Source of the DNA: a virus
Strand: one strand, 5' to 3'
Length of the DNA stretch: 45,573 bases
IMG/VR virus record: IMGVR_UViG_3300035156_000171
Coordinates: 1-45,573 of that record
This document shows positions 6,178-14,735 of this stretch, one piece after another. Positions within the stretch are counted from its first letter, which is position 1; each line of letters begins with the position of its first letter. Made by a program: the position numbers and the translations under genes. Under the pieces are notes generated by a model. That model did no database searches. It was not told the origin of the DNA and worked only from the letters and a program-made list of their open reading frames with translations.

Positions 6178-7652
6178 ACCTCCTCTCGCCGACGCCTCGC
6201 CCGATCGAGCTGCGCCCGTTCCAGTCGGACATGATCGATCAGACCCGCGCGGCGCTCCAGCGGCACAAAGCGGTCATGGTCCAGATGCCGACCGGCGCTG
6301 GGAAGACTGTCACGGCGGCTGCGATGATGCAGGGCGCGGTCCAGCGCGGCGGGCGGCCCTGGTTCGTCTGCCATCGCGATTTTCTCGTAGATCAAACGAG
6401 CCTAACCCTGGAGCGGTTCGGCCTCGATCACGCTTTCATCTCTGCCGGTCGACGCTGGAACCCGTACCTGCCCGCTCAGGTCTGCTCGATCGACACGCTC
6501 CGCAATCGGCTCGGGCGCGTCCCTGACGCCTGCCGGCCGACTGTGTTGTTCGTGGACGAGGCCAAGCATTCGAGTGCGGCGTCGTGGTCCGGCGTGATCC
6601 GCTGGGCGATCGAGAACGGAGCGAAGGTGGTTGGCCTCGACGCAACGCCCAAGCGACTAGACGGAAAGGGTCTCGACGACTTGTACGGGGCGATGATCCT
6701 GGGGCCGTCCGTCGAGTGGCTGATCGAGCAAGGCTACCTGTCGCGCTACCGCGCGTTCGCGCCGACCATGCCGGACCTGTCTGGCGTCGGCACGCGGGCC
6801 GGAGACTACAACGCCGAACAGCTCGGCGAGGTGATGGATCGCGACAGCCTGACCGGGAACCTCGTCGAGCATTACCTGCGGCTCGCGCCCGGCAAACGGG
6901 CGATCTATTTCTGTGTGAGCGTCATGCATTCGCAGCACGTCGCGGCGGCTTTCCGCGCGGCCGGCGTTTCTGCCGTCCACCTCGACGCGGCCTCGCCCTC
7001 AGACGAGCGCCGGTCGGCCGCGCGTGGCATGGCGATCGGCGAGATTGACGTGATCTGCAACGTCGCACTGTTTGGTGAGGGATACGATCTTGCGGCGCAA
7101 GCCGGCATGGATGTCACGGTGGAGTGCGTGGGCCTCGCTCGCCCGACGAAGTCGCTCGCGATGGCAATGCAGCAAATGGGGCGGGCTCTGCGGCCGAAGC
7201 CCGATGCGGCGATCATCCTCGATCATGCCGGCATCCTCACGGACCCGGCGATTGGCCTGCCGGATGCCGATCGGGAATGGACCCTGGAAGGCACGGCGCG
7301 CAAGTCGAAGAAATCCGCGCCGACCGCACCGCCCGTTCGCGTGTGCCCGAAATGCTTTGCGACGTGCGGCGCGTCCTCGCGGGCGTGCGTCGAGTGCGGC
7401 GAGCCGTTCCCGATCGACGCGCGGATGATGGCAGAGAACGACGATACGCTCGTCGAGATAGACCCGGCCGAACTCAAGCGCGTGCGGAAGATGCAGGAGC
7501 ATCAAGCGACGACGCTCGACGATCTGGTCGCTGTCGGTCAGGCGAGGGGGTATGCCAAACCGAAAATTTGGGCGGCCAATTTGTGGGCTGCGCGCGAGCG
7601 AACCCGGCATGCTCGGACTGAGCAGGCTGCGGCTCAACAGAAGTTGTGGTGA
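6174..7652 (+). CDS. Superfamily-2 DEAD/DEAH-type DNA helicase with a C-terminal zinc ribbon (492 aa)
   Basis: MPTGAGKT (Walker A), VDEAKH (Walker B), LDATP (motif III), QQMGRALR (motif VI), CPKCFATCG...CVECG. ATGA overlap with the upstream gene. Confidence 0.85.
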   Translation: MNLLSPTPRPIELRPFQSDMIDQTRAALQRHKAVMVQMPTGAGKTVTAAAMMQGAVQRGGRPWFVCHRDFLVDQTSLTLERFGLDHAFISAGRRWNPYLPAQVCSIDTLRNRLGRVPDACRPTVLFVDEAKHSSAASWSGVIRWAIENGAKVVGLDATPKRLDGKGLDDLYGAMILGPSVEWLIEQGYLSRYRAFAPTMPDLSGVGTRAGDYNAEQLGEVMDRDSLTGNLVEHYLRLAPGKRAIYFCVSVMHSQHVAAAFRAAGVSAVHLDAASPSDERRSAARGMAIGEIDVICNVALFGEGYDLAAQAGMDVTVECVGLARPTKSLAMAMQQMGRALRPKPDAAIILDHAGILTDPAIGLPDADREWTLEGTARKSKKSAPTAPPVRVCPKCFATCGASSRACVECGEPFPIDARMMAENDDTLVEIDPAELKRVRKMQEHQATTLDDLVAVGQARGYAKPKIWAANLWAARERTRHARTEQAAAQQKLW

Positions 7653-7654
7653 CA

Positions 7655-7903
7655 ATGGACCAGTGGCGACCAATCGAGACCGCGCCGAAGGACGGGACCA
7701 TTGTTCTGCTGGGCGGCGGAACCTGGGGTGATGACGAATTGGCCGAGGCTCCGCGCTCGATGTCGGCGCGGTATTACGAGCGCCGGTGGGATGGCCGGCT
7801 ATTTAGCTATTGGGTCGTTTTTTCCGCAGAAGCGGGGCATAGTCTTTTTCCATATGAAAACCCGACGCATTGGCAACCCATGCCGTCCGGCCCTGTCGCA
7901 TGA
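7655..7903 (+). CDS. Small conserved phage protein (82 aa) with a WxPIETAPKDGT motif
   Basis: MDQWRPIETAPKDGTIVLLGG is a motif common in proteobacterial prophage small proteins. I do not recall the family name. Confidence 0.55.
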   Translation: MDQWRPIETAPKDGTIVLLGGGTWGDDELAEAPRSMSARYYERRWDGRLFSYWVVFSAEAGHSLFPYENPTHWQPMPSGPVA

Positions 7904-8160
7904 ACCCGGACGACACTTGGATCGCGCGGTACATGCTGCGCGACGGCCTGACGGAGGGCGCGGTAGCGCGCATCCTGGGTGTCTCGATCGAGGCTGTGAT
8001 GCTTGTGGTCCCGTTGCGCGACAGGTTGGGCAAGCGCATATCGCCGGCCTACGTCGCGGCGGCGGATCGCAGCGCGGCGAAACAACGGCAGGGGCGCAGA
8101 GATGCACGAGCGCGACTTAATCAACCCGATCCTGCTCAAGGCGTCGAAGATCGGGTGTAG
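7900..8160 (+). CDS. Small HTH-like protein (86 aa)
   Basis: ATGA overlap at 7900. LTEGAVARILGVSIEAV is HTH-like. Overlaps the next gene by 59 nt, so the 3' end or the call is uncertain. Confidence 0.45.
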   Translation: MNPDDTWIARYMLRDGLTEGAVARILGVSIEAVMLVVPLRDRLGKRISPAYVAAADRSAAKQRQGRRDARARLNQPDPAQGVEDRV

Positions 8161-8491
8161 GTTGTTCCGGGTGAACACCGGCGTCGGGTGGGTCGGCCGG
8201 GTCATCTCCAAGACGACGGGCCGGATTATACTCGGCGACCCGCGCCCGCTCCATGCCGGCCTATGCGCTGGCGGGTCTGATATCATTGGCTTGCGGCGCG
8301 TCACGATCACGCCGGACATGGTCGGCACGGTCATCGCTCAGTTCGTGGCGATCGAGGTCAAGACGCCCGGCGACAAGCAGAGCGACGAGCAAGAGCGGTT
8401 CCTAGAAATGGTTCGGGCCTCCGGCGGTTTCGCGCTGGAGGCCCGTGACGTTGATTCGGTCTTGGCAGCGTTAAGCGAGCGTGCGGGATAG
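8102..8491 (+). CDS. VRR-NUC domain nuclease (129 aa)
   Basis: GGSDIIGL...VAIEVKTPGDKQSDEQERFLEMV matches the VRR-NUC D...ExK...Q pattern. Confidence 0.75.
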   Translation: MHERDLINPILLKASKIGCRLFRVNTGVGWVGRVISKTTGRIILGDPRPLHAGLCAGGSDIIGLRRVTITPDMVGTVIAQFVAIEVKTPGDKQSDEQERFLEMVRASGGFALEARDVDSVLAALSERAG

Positions 8492-8644
8492 GACCGCCTC
8501 GACCATCGCGCGGTGCGCCTCCAGCGCGAGATGCAGGCCGTAGGCCGCACTCGCGATCCCGAAGTTGACGCGACCGCCGCCAGCCTCGGATGTCTGCCGG
8601 TCAAGCTCGCGCCAGAAGCGGAGGAATTCGGTTTCCTGTTTCAT
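8471..8644 (-). CDS. Small hypothetical protein (57 aa), below the ORF-track cut-off
   Basis: GGGGA Shine-Dalgarno 6 nt before ATG 8644. MKQETEFLRFWRELDRQTSEAGGGRVNFGIASAAYGLHLALEAHRAMVEAVLSRTLA*. GC3-rich. Its 3' end overlaps the convergent VRR-NUC gene by 21 nt. Confidence 0.4.
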   Translation of the reverse strand: MKQETEFLRFWRELDRQTSEAGGGRVNFGIASAAYGLHLALEAHRAMVEAVLSRTLA

Positions 8645-8668
8645 GATGCGTCCCCGTGTTGCGGTTGT

Positions 8669-8690
8669 GGCCGCGCCGGGTGGCGCGGCC
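8669..8690 (-). other. GC hairpin (9-bp perfect stem GGCCGCGCC/GGCGCGGCC, 4-nt loop) without a U-tract
   Basis: Lies between the stop at 8699 and the start at 8644. Possible attenuator, processing or stability element. Confidence 0.35.
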
Positions 8691-8698
8691 GGCGGTGG

Positions 8699-9097
8699 TT
8701 AGAAGCTGTAATCGTGATATGCGCGGCGCTCGCCGAGCCGGAGCCCCTTGCCCCCGGTCTTGTTCCAGCGGTTCGTTTCGGGGTTCTTGCGGACTGGAGC
8801 CCATTTACCAGAAACTTCGCGCTTGTACGTGGAGCGGTATCCGTCCGGGTTCGATGTGTAGCTGTATTCCTGACACTCGCTCATACCGTTGCTGTCGGTG
8901 CGGGTCGCGGTGTCGTCTGTTACTTCGATGAACGTAGACTTCCCTACCGTGAATACGCGCTGGATCGTCCCGGCGCTGCGGTCCGTCCAGCCGAGCATGG
9001 TGACACCCATGCCGGCTTCCGGCTCGGGCTGGCGCACAACCATACGGCTGTAAAGGTGGTTCTGAAGGCTGTTTGTCTCGGTGCCGATACGCATCAT
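8699..9097 (-). CDS. Hypothetical protein (132 aa)
   Basis: ORF in the track. Start is 54 bp downstream of palindrome copy 3. Confidence 0.6.
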   Translation of the reverse strand: MMRIGTETNSLQNHLYSRMVVRQPEPEAGMGVTMLGWTDRSAGTIQRVFTVGKSTFIEVTDDTATRTDSNGMSECQEYSYTSNPDGYRSTYKREVSGKWAPVRKNPETNRWNKTGGKGLRLGERRAYHDYSF

Positions 9098-9150
9098 TTT
9101 TCCCCGTTTTATCGTCTAGTCGCGAGCCGCCCGACTTCTCTACACGTCGA

Positions 9151-9167
9151 GTTGACACGCTGTCAAC
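9151..9167 (-). promoter_or_regulatory. Palindrome copy 3, GTTGACACGCTGTCAAC: putative promoter/operator
   Basis: Perfect 7-N3-7 palindrome in the 169-bp intergenic region. On the minus strand, TTGACA is followed 17-18 nt later by GTAGAGA. Confidence 0.55.
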
Positions 9168-9188
9168 CCGGTACGCGGCGCAACGCGA

Positions 9189-9220
9189 AACGCCCGCCAG
9201 GGGCGAACCTGACGGGCGTT
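9189..9220 (-). terminator. Putative terminator hairpin for the upstream leftward genes
   Basis: 8-bp stem AACGCCCG/CGGGCGTT, followed on the minus strand by TCGCGTTG. Lies between the stop at 9267 and palindrome copy 3. Confidence 0.4.
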
Positions 9221-9266
9221 CCTCAAGCGCGGGGACGCTGATAGGCGGTGAAGCCCGGTCAGATTT

Positions 9267-9503
9267 CTAGCCGTGCGTCGCTACAGCGTCAAGCGTGCGC
9301 TGCGCGGCGATGGCTTCCCGGATCGTCTGCTCGTGATCCTGCATGAACGCGAGCGTGTTCCTGACGCTCCGCAGCACGGCCATGTGGTATTCGACCTGAC
9401 CTTCCGGCACCTTGGCCTTGCGCAACGTGGCGCGCATGTGGATCGTAACCGTGTCGAGCGTCAACATCTGCATCGACAGGCTGTGCCGCGTCTTAGTTTC
9501 CAT
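9267..9503 (-). CDS. Hypothetical protein (78 aa)
   Basis: ORF in the track. Overlaps the primase stop by 11 nt. Confidence 0.55.
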   Translation of the reverse strand: METKTRHSLSMQMLTLDTVTIHMRATLRKAKVPEGQVEYHMAVLRSVRNTLAFMQDHEQTIREAIAAQRTLDAVATHG

Positions 9504-11973
9504 CGTCCCCTCCCTCGATCACGTAACACGGTATCAGCCGGCCATCGACCCGGCGGCGAACGCGCACATACCCGCGCGACTTGAGGTGCGACGCGATCCG
9601 CCGCTCATGCTGGTCATTCCGCAGGTGCTTCGGGATATCAAGGAAGGTGAACAGCGCGCCCATCGTAAGCGGCATCGTCCCGACCATCGAGTTCAGGTAG
9701 GCGTCAAGGTCTCCGGCCCAAGCGTCCTCGACGTAGCGTGCCGCCTGCACCTCGGACGCGTGGTCGTTTTCTTCGCCCTCAAGCCACCACTTCATGCCGG
9801 CCCGGTAGAGGTGGACCGCCTCGGCCCAAAGCTGGTCGCGATCGGCGGCCAGTCCGTCGATGTCCATTGGGCGCGTCACGCGGACGGGCCAGAAGCGTCG
9901 AGCCCCAGTCGGATCGCGTAGGTATCCCCGGCCACCTGGGTTGACGGTTCCGGCAAGCACGCACCGCCTGGGAATGTTCACGACGATCTTGCCGTATGGG
10001 AGGCGGATGCGGTCAACCTTCGTCGAGACCCACCGCTTGATCCCGTCCGGGTCCGATTTTCCGAAGCCGTTCAGCTCGGCAATTTCGACTATGACTGTAC
10101 CCTGCATCTGCATCACTGCGTCTTTGCTTGATATGTCGTCGATGCTGTCGACGAAATATCTGCGCCCGTTCATGGTCGCCAAGGTTTCAAGCGCAGTAGA
10201 CTTATGCTTTCCTTGCGTTCCCTCGAAGATCAACATCGTATCGACCTTCTCGCCGTCCGGGTTCGTCGACAGGTTCCGAGCCACGGCGGCGAGGAGCCAT
10301 TTTGCACCAAACACGCGCTCGATACCGTTCGCAGTCGGCGTGACGCCCATATACCGCTCAAGCCATGACACTTCGCCCATCACGCGCGAGACGCCGTCCC
10401 ATTTCAGCGCCTCAAGGTAGTCTCGTATCGGGTCGAACGCGGCGCTCTCGGCGACCGTCATGATTGCCGTGCCGGCCTCATTCGTCTTCGGCGTCATGCC
10501 GCACTTTTCTAGGAAGGTTTGGCAGAGCGTGATGTCGTTATCCCGGAGCGTGCGCGGCACCCACGGCGCGGATGACTTTTCCCACGGCGGGCGCTTCGCA
10601 AGCACGACCTCGGCGGTGAAAGTGTTCTTCACGAATACGCCGCGCGTCAGCTCGTGGTGCCGGAGGGTCGCGACGAAATTGTACATGAGCCGTTTGCGCG
10701 GCCCATTGTTCTCGTCGAGCAACCAATACGCCTGAATAGGCGTGCGATCGACGTGATCCTCCTCCGGGTGGGCTGTCGGGAATTTTACGACATTTCCCTT
10801 GCCCGGCGGGCTCTCGGCCGCTGACGGTGCCTTCTTGGCGATTTCCGGCTTTGGCTTCGGTTGCCCGGTCTGGATCAAGGCCGGCGTCGGCTCTGGCGCT
10901 GGCGGCTCGGGGTCGGGCTCGGGTTCGGGTTCGGGGATGCCCGGAGGAGCGTCCCTGAGGTGAGCCCGCGCCCATTTCATCGCCCGCTTGGCGTCCCACC
11001 CCTCAGCCTCGGCGTCGGCCAGGTCCCATCCCTTCGGCATGTCTGCCGGCGGATCAACGATCTTTACCTGCGCCGCGCCGGCCCGCTCGATCATTTCGGC
11101 GAGCCCGAGTTTGTGGTTCGCGCCCTCGCCCCATCCGTCGACCGTTTTTAGACCCTCTTCGTCGGCGTCCCGCCAGATGACGACGCGCCGGCCGGCAAGA
11201 GGCGTCCAATCCGTCTTGCTCGCCGCTTTCCCGCCGCCGCACCACGTCACGGTCGCGAACGACTTGAGCATCCTTTCGCCCGCGTCGGCGCACTTCTCGC
11301 CCTCGACGACTAGCACCTGGGCGTCTGGTCTCAGCGCGAGGCGGTCTAGGCCGTACATGCGACGGGGCTCGCGCATCGGCCGGTGCGTCCATCCTTGCTC
11401 GCCGGTCCTCACGTTGCGGCACCACAGAATGCAAGGTGTGACCTTGGAGCCGTCGATGTCGACCCGGAGCACGTATCCGAACGTCCGGCCGGTGACGAGC
11501 CGGTACGGGTGAACGAGTGTCGGCGTGTAACTCGTAATGGGTTTGTCGGGGCGCTTCGGATTGAATAATGCTGGCGTGCGCTGCCCGGCTTTCAGCGGGG
11601 GCGCGTCGTCAGGCGGCATCGAGGCGACCCAATCCGCATATGGGTCGAACTGCTCGATCGGCGGGCTCGCCGGTTGCCGAAACCCGTCCGGTTTGCGGTC
11701 GCCGTTCAAGATTTCGCACGCGCCCTGAAAGTCGACGCCGTCGAACAGCTCGACGAACTTGACCACATCGCCGTTCTTGCCACAGCCGAAGCAATGGAAC
11801 CGCTGCCCGTCCTCTCGGGCCGGGTAGATCGTGAACGACGGCGTCGTCTCGCTGTGGAGCGGGCAACAGGCGCGCCATTCCGCGCCGTCCCGCTTGATCG
11901 AGATGCCTCTTAGCGGCAGGTAATCCGACAGGTTGTTCGCCTGCCGAATTCCTTGCGTGTCGAATTTTGCCAC
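9493..11973 (-). CDS. Bifunctional primase/helicase: CHC2 zinc finger, Toprim domain, Pro-rich linker and VirE-like P-loop NTPase (826 aa)
   Basis: CCPLHSETTPSFTIY...FHCFGCGKNGDVVKF (DnaG CHC2). VLVVEGEKCADAG and VIWRDADEEG (Toprim E, DxD). PEPEPEPDPEPPAPEP linker. MLIFEGTQGKHKSTALETLA (VirE-type Walker A). Confidence 0.9.
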   Translation of the reverse strand: MAKFDTQGIRQANNLSDYLPLRGISIKRDGAEWRACCPLHSETTPSFTIYPAREDGQRFHCFGCGKNGDVVKFVELFDGVDFQGACEILNGDRKPDGFRQPASPPIEQFDPYADWVASMPPDDAPPLKAGQRTPALFNPKRPDKPITSYTPTLVHPYRLVTGRTFGYVLRVDIDGSKVTPCILWCRNVRTGEQGWTHRPMREPRRMYGLDRLALRPDAQVLVVEGEKCADAGERMLKSFATVTWCGGGKAASKTDWTPLAGRRVVIWRDADEEGLKTVDGWGEGANHKLGLAEMIERAGAAQVKIVDPPADMPKGWDLADAEAEGWDAKRAMKWARAHLRDAPPGIPEPEPEPDPEPPAPEPTPALIQTGQPKPKPEIAKKAPSAAESPPGKGNVVKFPTAHPEEDHVDRTPIQAYWLLDENNGPRKRLMYNFVATLRHHELTRGVFVKNTFTAEVVLAKRPPWEKSSAPWVPRTLRDNDITLCQTFLEKCGMTPKTNEAGTAIMTVAESAAFDPIRDYLEALKWDGVSRVMGEVSWLERYMGVTPTANGIERVFGAKWLLAAVARNLSTNPDGEKVDTMLIFEGTQGKHKSTALETLATMNGRRYFVDSIDDISSKDAVMQMQGTVIVEIAELNGFGKSDPDGIKRWVSTKVDRIRLPYGKIVVNIPRRCVLAGTVNPGGRGYLRDPTGARRFWPVRVTRPMDIDGLAADRDQLWAEAVHLYRAGMKWWLEGEENDHASEVQAARYVEDAWAGDLDAYLNSMVGTMPLTMGALFTFLDIPKHLRNDQHERRIASHLKSRGYVRVRRRVDGRLIPCYVIEGGDDGN

Positions 11974-12010
11974 CGGTCCCCCGAGCGCTAATCGTCCGGT
12001 ATATCCCGGC

Positions 12011-12127
12011 TTAGGCCGGCAAGGCGACCCATGCGAAAGCGGCAGCGAGCCACATGATCGAGATGCCGATGATGTCGAGGATCATCGCGCGTCGGTAGGC
12101 GCGGTCGGTATGTTCGTTCGTTGTCAT
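12011..12127 (-). CDS. Small membrane protein (38 aa)
   Basis: GGGGGA Shine-Dalgarno before ATG 12127. MTTNEHTDRAYRRAMILDIIGISIMWLAAAFAWVALPA. Lies 44 bp downstream of palindrome copy 4. Confidence 0.4.
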   Translation of the reverse strand: MTTNEHTDRAYRRAMILDIIGISIMWLAAAFAWVALPA

Positions 12128-12170
12128 GGCAAGCGTCCCCCTGGTTGCCGATTGATCGTGATCGCAATAA

Positions 12171-12187
12171 GTTGACAGAGTGTCAAC
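12171..12187 (-). promoter_or_regulatory. Palindrome copy 4, GTTGACAGAGTGTCAAC: putative promoter/operator
   Basis: Perfect 7-N3-7 palindrome. It contains the TGA stop of the 12183..12452 gene. An A/T-containing hexamer (GATCAC) lies 17 nt after the minus-strand TTGACA. Confidence 0.55.
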
Positions 12188-12452
12188 CGGACTGGGGATT
12201 ACCCCCGGCTTCAATGATTTTCGGGGCAACAGGCCGACAGAGAATGCAGGCCTTCAGCCCGGAGCCGCACGCGAGGTGGACGTTGCCGTTTGTTCTGAGA
12301 TTGCCGCGGCACTCGATCGCGTAGCCGTTGCGCCCGCCAACCTCGACGTTCGCTATATACGGGGCTTGGCCGACGAGCCGGTTGATGAGCCAGAAACGGG
12401 CGGCCTCGCCACGGCTCTCTATTAGGGCGATTATTTGTTTACCGATCAGCAT
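12183..12452 (-). CDS. Hypothetical protein (89 aa)
   Basis: GC3-rich codons. Overlaps the upstream gene by 14 nt. Confidence 0.5.
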   Translation of the reverse strand: MLIGKQIIALIESRGEAARFWLINRLVGQAPYIANVEVGGRNGYAIECRGNLRTNGNVHLACGSGLKACILCRPVAPKIIEAGGNPQSG

Positions 12453-12678
12453 TACTTGTCCCTTGTTTATGCGATAGGGAGGAATTACCGGCGTCTGTAA
12501 TGCGGACGATGCCTTTGAGGGGCGCTACTTCGGCCCATCCTCTAGCGACTAGCGAAGAAACGAACAAATCATCATCGTCGTCGAGTAATTTAAGATGCGC
12601 CAACTCGACCTGATGGACCCACTGCCCGCTGCGGGCGAGGTGCGTCAGGAGGCGCGTCTGCTCTGGCGTTGGCTTCAC
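12439..12678 (-). CDS. Hypothetical protein (79 aa), possibly winged-helix
   Basis: AAGGAGG Shine-Dalgarno 6 nt before GTG 12678, which overlaps the upstream TGA (GTGA). Contains an acidic DDDDD run. Confidence 0.5.
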   Translation of the reverse strand: MKPTPEQTRLLTHLARSGQWVHQVELAHLKLLDDDDDLFVSSLVARGWAEVAPLKGIVRITDAGNSSLSHKQGTSNADR

Positions 12679-12965
12679 GGCGTTCCTCCTTCGGAACGTG
12701 GTGTGAGGGCGTCCAGGTCGGCGGCAACGCCAGGGCACGCGCACGCGCCGGGGATCGGGCAACCGGGCGGCTCAATCTGTCCGGGCGCGCGCTCAATCGT
12801 GGCGCGAAGGGCGGTGATCTCGCGTGCTTGTCGCCCAATCTCGGCCTCAAGCTCGGCGAGGAGGCGTTCGGCAGCTTCGGCGCGGGTGCGCCACGCCAAT
12901 CCGATGCGCTTGATCTCTCGTAGGTCCCATTCCTGGGGGCTGAGGAACTCGTCATCGTCCGGCAT
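12675..12965 (-). CDS. Coiled-coil protein with a Cys-rich tail (96 aa)
   Basis: ATG 12965 overlaps the upstream TAA (TAATG). AEAAERLLAELEAEIGRQAREITALRATIE, then CPIPGACACPG. Confidence 0.55.
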   Translation of the reverse strand: MPDDDEFLSPQEWDLREIKRIGLAWRTRAEAAERLLAELEAEIGRQAREITALRATIERAPGQIEPPGCPIPGACACPGVAADLDALTPRSEGGTP

Positions 12966-13198
12966 TACGTCGGCTCCCCGTTGTCGAAAGTGCCCGCCAC
13001 GCCGAACGGCATGTTGAGGCCCCATTTCCTGGCAAACCGCCGTGCGCCCTGTGCGTCTGTCAGTCGGCTGTAGTTCGTGGGATACCGAAGCCGGCTCCCG
13101 GAGTAATAGCGGTCGACCATCCAAGTCAGGCGGTAGTCACCCGCGCCCAAGCGCTGGATGCGGTGGCCGTAGCTGCCGGCCGAGCTGTGCCGGCTCAT
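12965..13198 (-). CDS. Hypothetical protein (77 aa)
   Basis: ORF in the track. Start/stop-coupled on both sides. Confidence 0.55.
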   Translation of the reverse strand: MSRHSSAGSYGHRIQRLGAGDYRLTWMVDRYYSGSRLRYPTNYSRLTDAQGARRFARKWGLNMPFGVAGTFDNGEPT

Positions 13199-13521
13199 CG
13201 CGACTGCCCTCCGAACGGCATGCCGCCGTGGGGCTCGGGCGACGGGTCGGTGGGTGTTGGTACTGGGGCCGCCTTCGCCTCACGCTTGCGGATTTCCTCG
13301 CCCGCGCGGTAGCAGGCCCACGCGATCATCTTCCGAGACGCGGCGTCCCACCGATCGCGACCCGCGCCGTCGAAACCTTGCCAGAAGAAGTTGGCGACGG
13401 CGTTCCCTGTGTGGCGTCCGCCGTCAGCGCGGATCAGGTCGCGGTGCTTCGTGTCGTAGCAGTGGATGCAGGCGTCGAACTGCCGACGCATCACGGCGTC
13501 CTTGAACGGGTTGCAGATCAT
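13195..13521 (-). CDS. Hypothetical protein (108 aa)
   Basis: Internal ATG 13521 overlaps the upstream TGA (ATGA). MICNPFKDAVMRRQFDACIHCYDTKHRD... Confidence 0.55.
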   Translation of the reverse strand: MICNPFKDAVMRRQFDACIHCYDTKHRDLIRADGGRHTGNAVANFFWQGFDGAGRDRWDAASRKMIAWACYRAGEEIRKREAKAAPVPTPTDPSPEPHGGMPFGGQSR

Positions 13522-14723
13522 GACTGCGCCTCCCGGCCCGCGCCCGCTGGCGGGGTGACGCGCGCGGAGAGGAGGGAGAGGACGGCGCGAGCCTTCGAGA
13601 CCGACAGAGTGATGAAGCCTTCCGCGCTGCCCCATCCTCGTGCGGACGGGTTCGTCAGGCCACTGCGGATTTCCTCTGCGATCTCCTCCCGCATCGTGTC
13701 CGCGCCCGCTGTAAGGCCGCCTTCGGTGGGTGGGGTGCGGAGAGCGGCGAGCGATAGGATGCAGTAGCCCTCCTGCAAGCCGAACTCGCCGGGGCGCAGG
13801 ATGTTTGTGATGCGTCGATCAACCGGCGGGTCGTCGCTGTAGCCGGTCTCGGGCGCGTAGCACCGCAGCCGGATCGTCTGCCCAACCTCGTAGCCGCTCC
13901 GGTCGTCCTTGCGGAACTCGAATGTCTTCAGGCCATCGCGGCACTGATAGAAGACGCTCGGGTGCGCCTTAAACTCGTGGGCGATCTTCTGCTCCTTGGC
14001 CGCCGTCTCGTGAGCAGCGCTCCTCACGACAGGGAACTCGGCAAACGGCCCGATGCGGTCGTTGCGGGGCGGGAGGGGTGGCGCCTCGGGTTGAGAGGGA
14101 TGAAGGATGTACCGGACAAGGGCGAACGTGGACTTGAAGCATCGGCCGTGGCCGCTGTCGTCGAGCATGCCGTTGAGGCGTGCCCAGTCCTTGTCGTCGA
14201 AGGCTTCGAACAGGCTCCGCAGCTTGTCCGAGCACGGGGCCGGCGTCTCGGGCTGGGTGCGGACGAGAGCGTGGCTGATCTCGCGAACGGCAGTGAAGTG
14301 CTCGGGCCTCAACCACTTTAGAACTTCGACATAGCCCTCCCCCGCGCCGCGCTGATCCAGTTCGTCAGCAACCGCAACGAACGGCTTCAGCGCACCTGAC
14401 AGTACTTGCAGGCGCCCTGCCAAGCCGTCTACCTCTTCCGATCCGGGAACCAGCCTCGGCCCTGCTGCCAGATCGTGCCCGTGATTTTGTAGTTCCAAGC
14501 CCACTTCAGGGCCGCCCATATCCGGCGCATTGGCTTTCGTCCTTTCGTGTGCGGGTGAGATGGAGGCGATAACATCCTCGATCTTCGTCAGCGTCTGCTT
14601 GCCCAAGCTGTCGGGCGGGCCTTCCCCGTATTGATCCTCAACGGCGAGTAAGCATTCGCGGGCGGCCTTCAACGCCTCGATTGCGGAGCTGCGATGTTCT
14701 TCTAGGATTTCCTGTGCCATCAC
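13518..14723 (-). CDS. Two-part protein (401 aa): unknown N-terminal region plus a DUF3850/ASCH (PUA-like) domain
   Basis: HEFKAHPSVFYQCRDGLKTFEFRKDDRSGYEVGQTIRLRCY...QEGYCILSL fits the DUF3850 pattern HELK..P..F..G.K.FE.R.NDR.Y.VGD.L.L. Confidence 0.65.
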   Translation of the reverse strand: MMAQEILEEHRSSAIEALKAARECLLAVEDQYGEGPPDSLGKQTLTKIEDVIASISPAHERTKANAPDMGGPEVGLELQNHGHDLAAGPRLVPGSEEVDGLAGRLQVLSGALKPFVAVADELDQRGAGEGYVEVLKWLRPEHFTAVREISHALVRTQPETPAPCSDKLRSLFEAFDDKDWARLNGMLDDSGHGRCFKSTFALVRYILHPSQPEAPPLPPRNDRIGPFAEFPVVRSAAHETAAKEQKIAHEFKAHPSVFYQCRDGLKTFEFRKDDRSGYEVGQTIRLRCYAPETGYSDDPPVDRRITNILRPGEFGLQEGYCILSLAALRTPPTEGGLTAGADTMREEIAEEIRSGLTNPSARGWGSAEGFITLSVSKARAVLSLLSARVTPPAGAGREAQS

Positions 14724-14735
14724 TATTACTCGCTT

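Noticed and set aside
8513-9241. 242-aa plus-strand ORF
   Set aside because: Antisense to two leftward genes. It runs through the intergenic palindrome and terminator, and its composition is artefactual.
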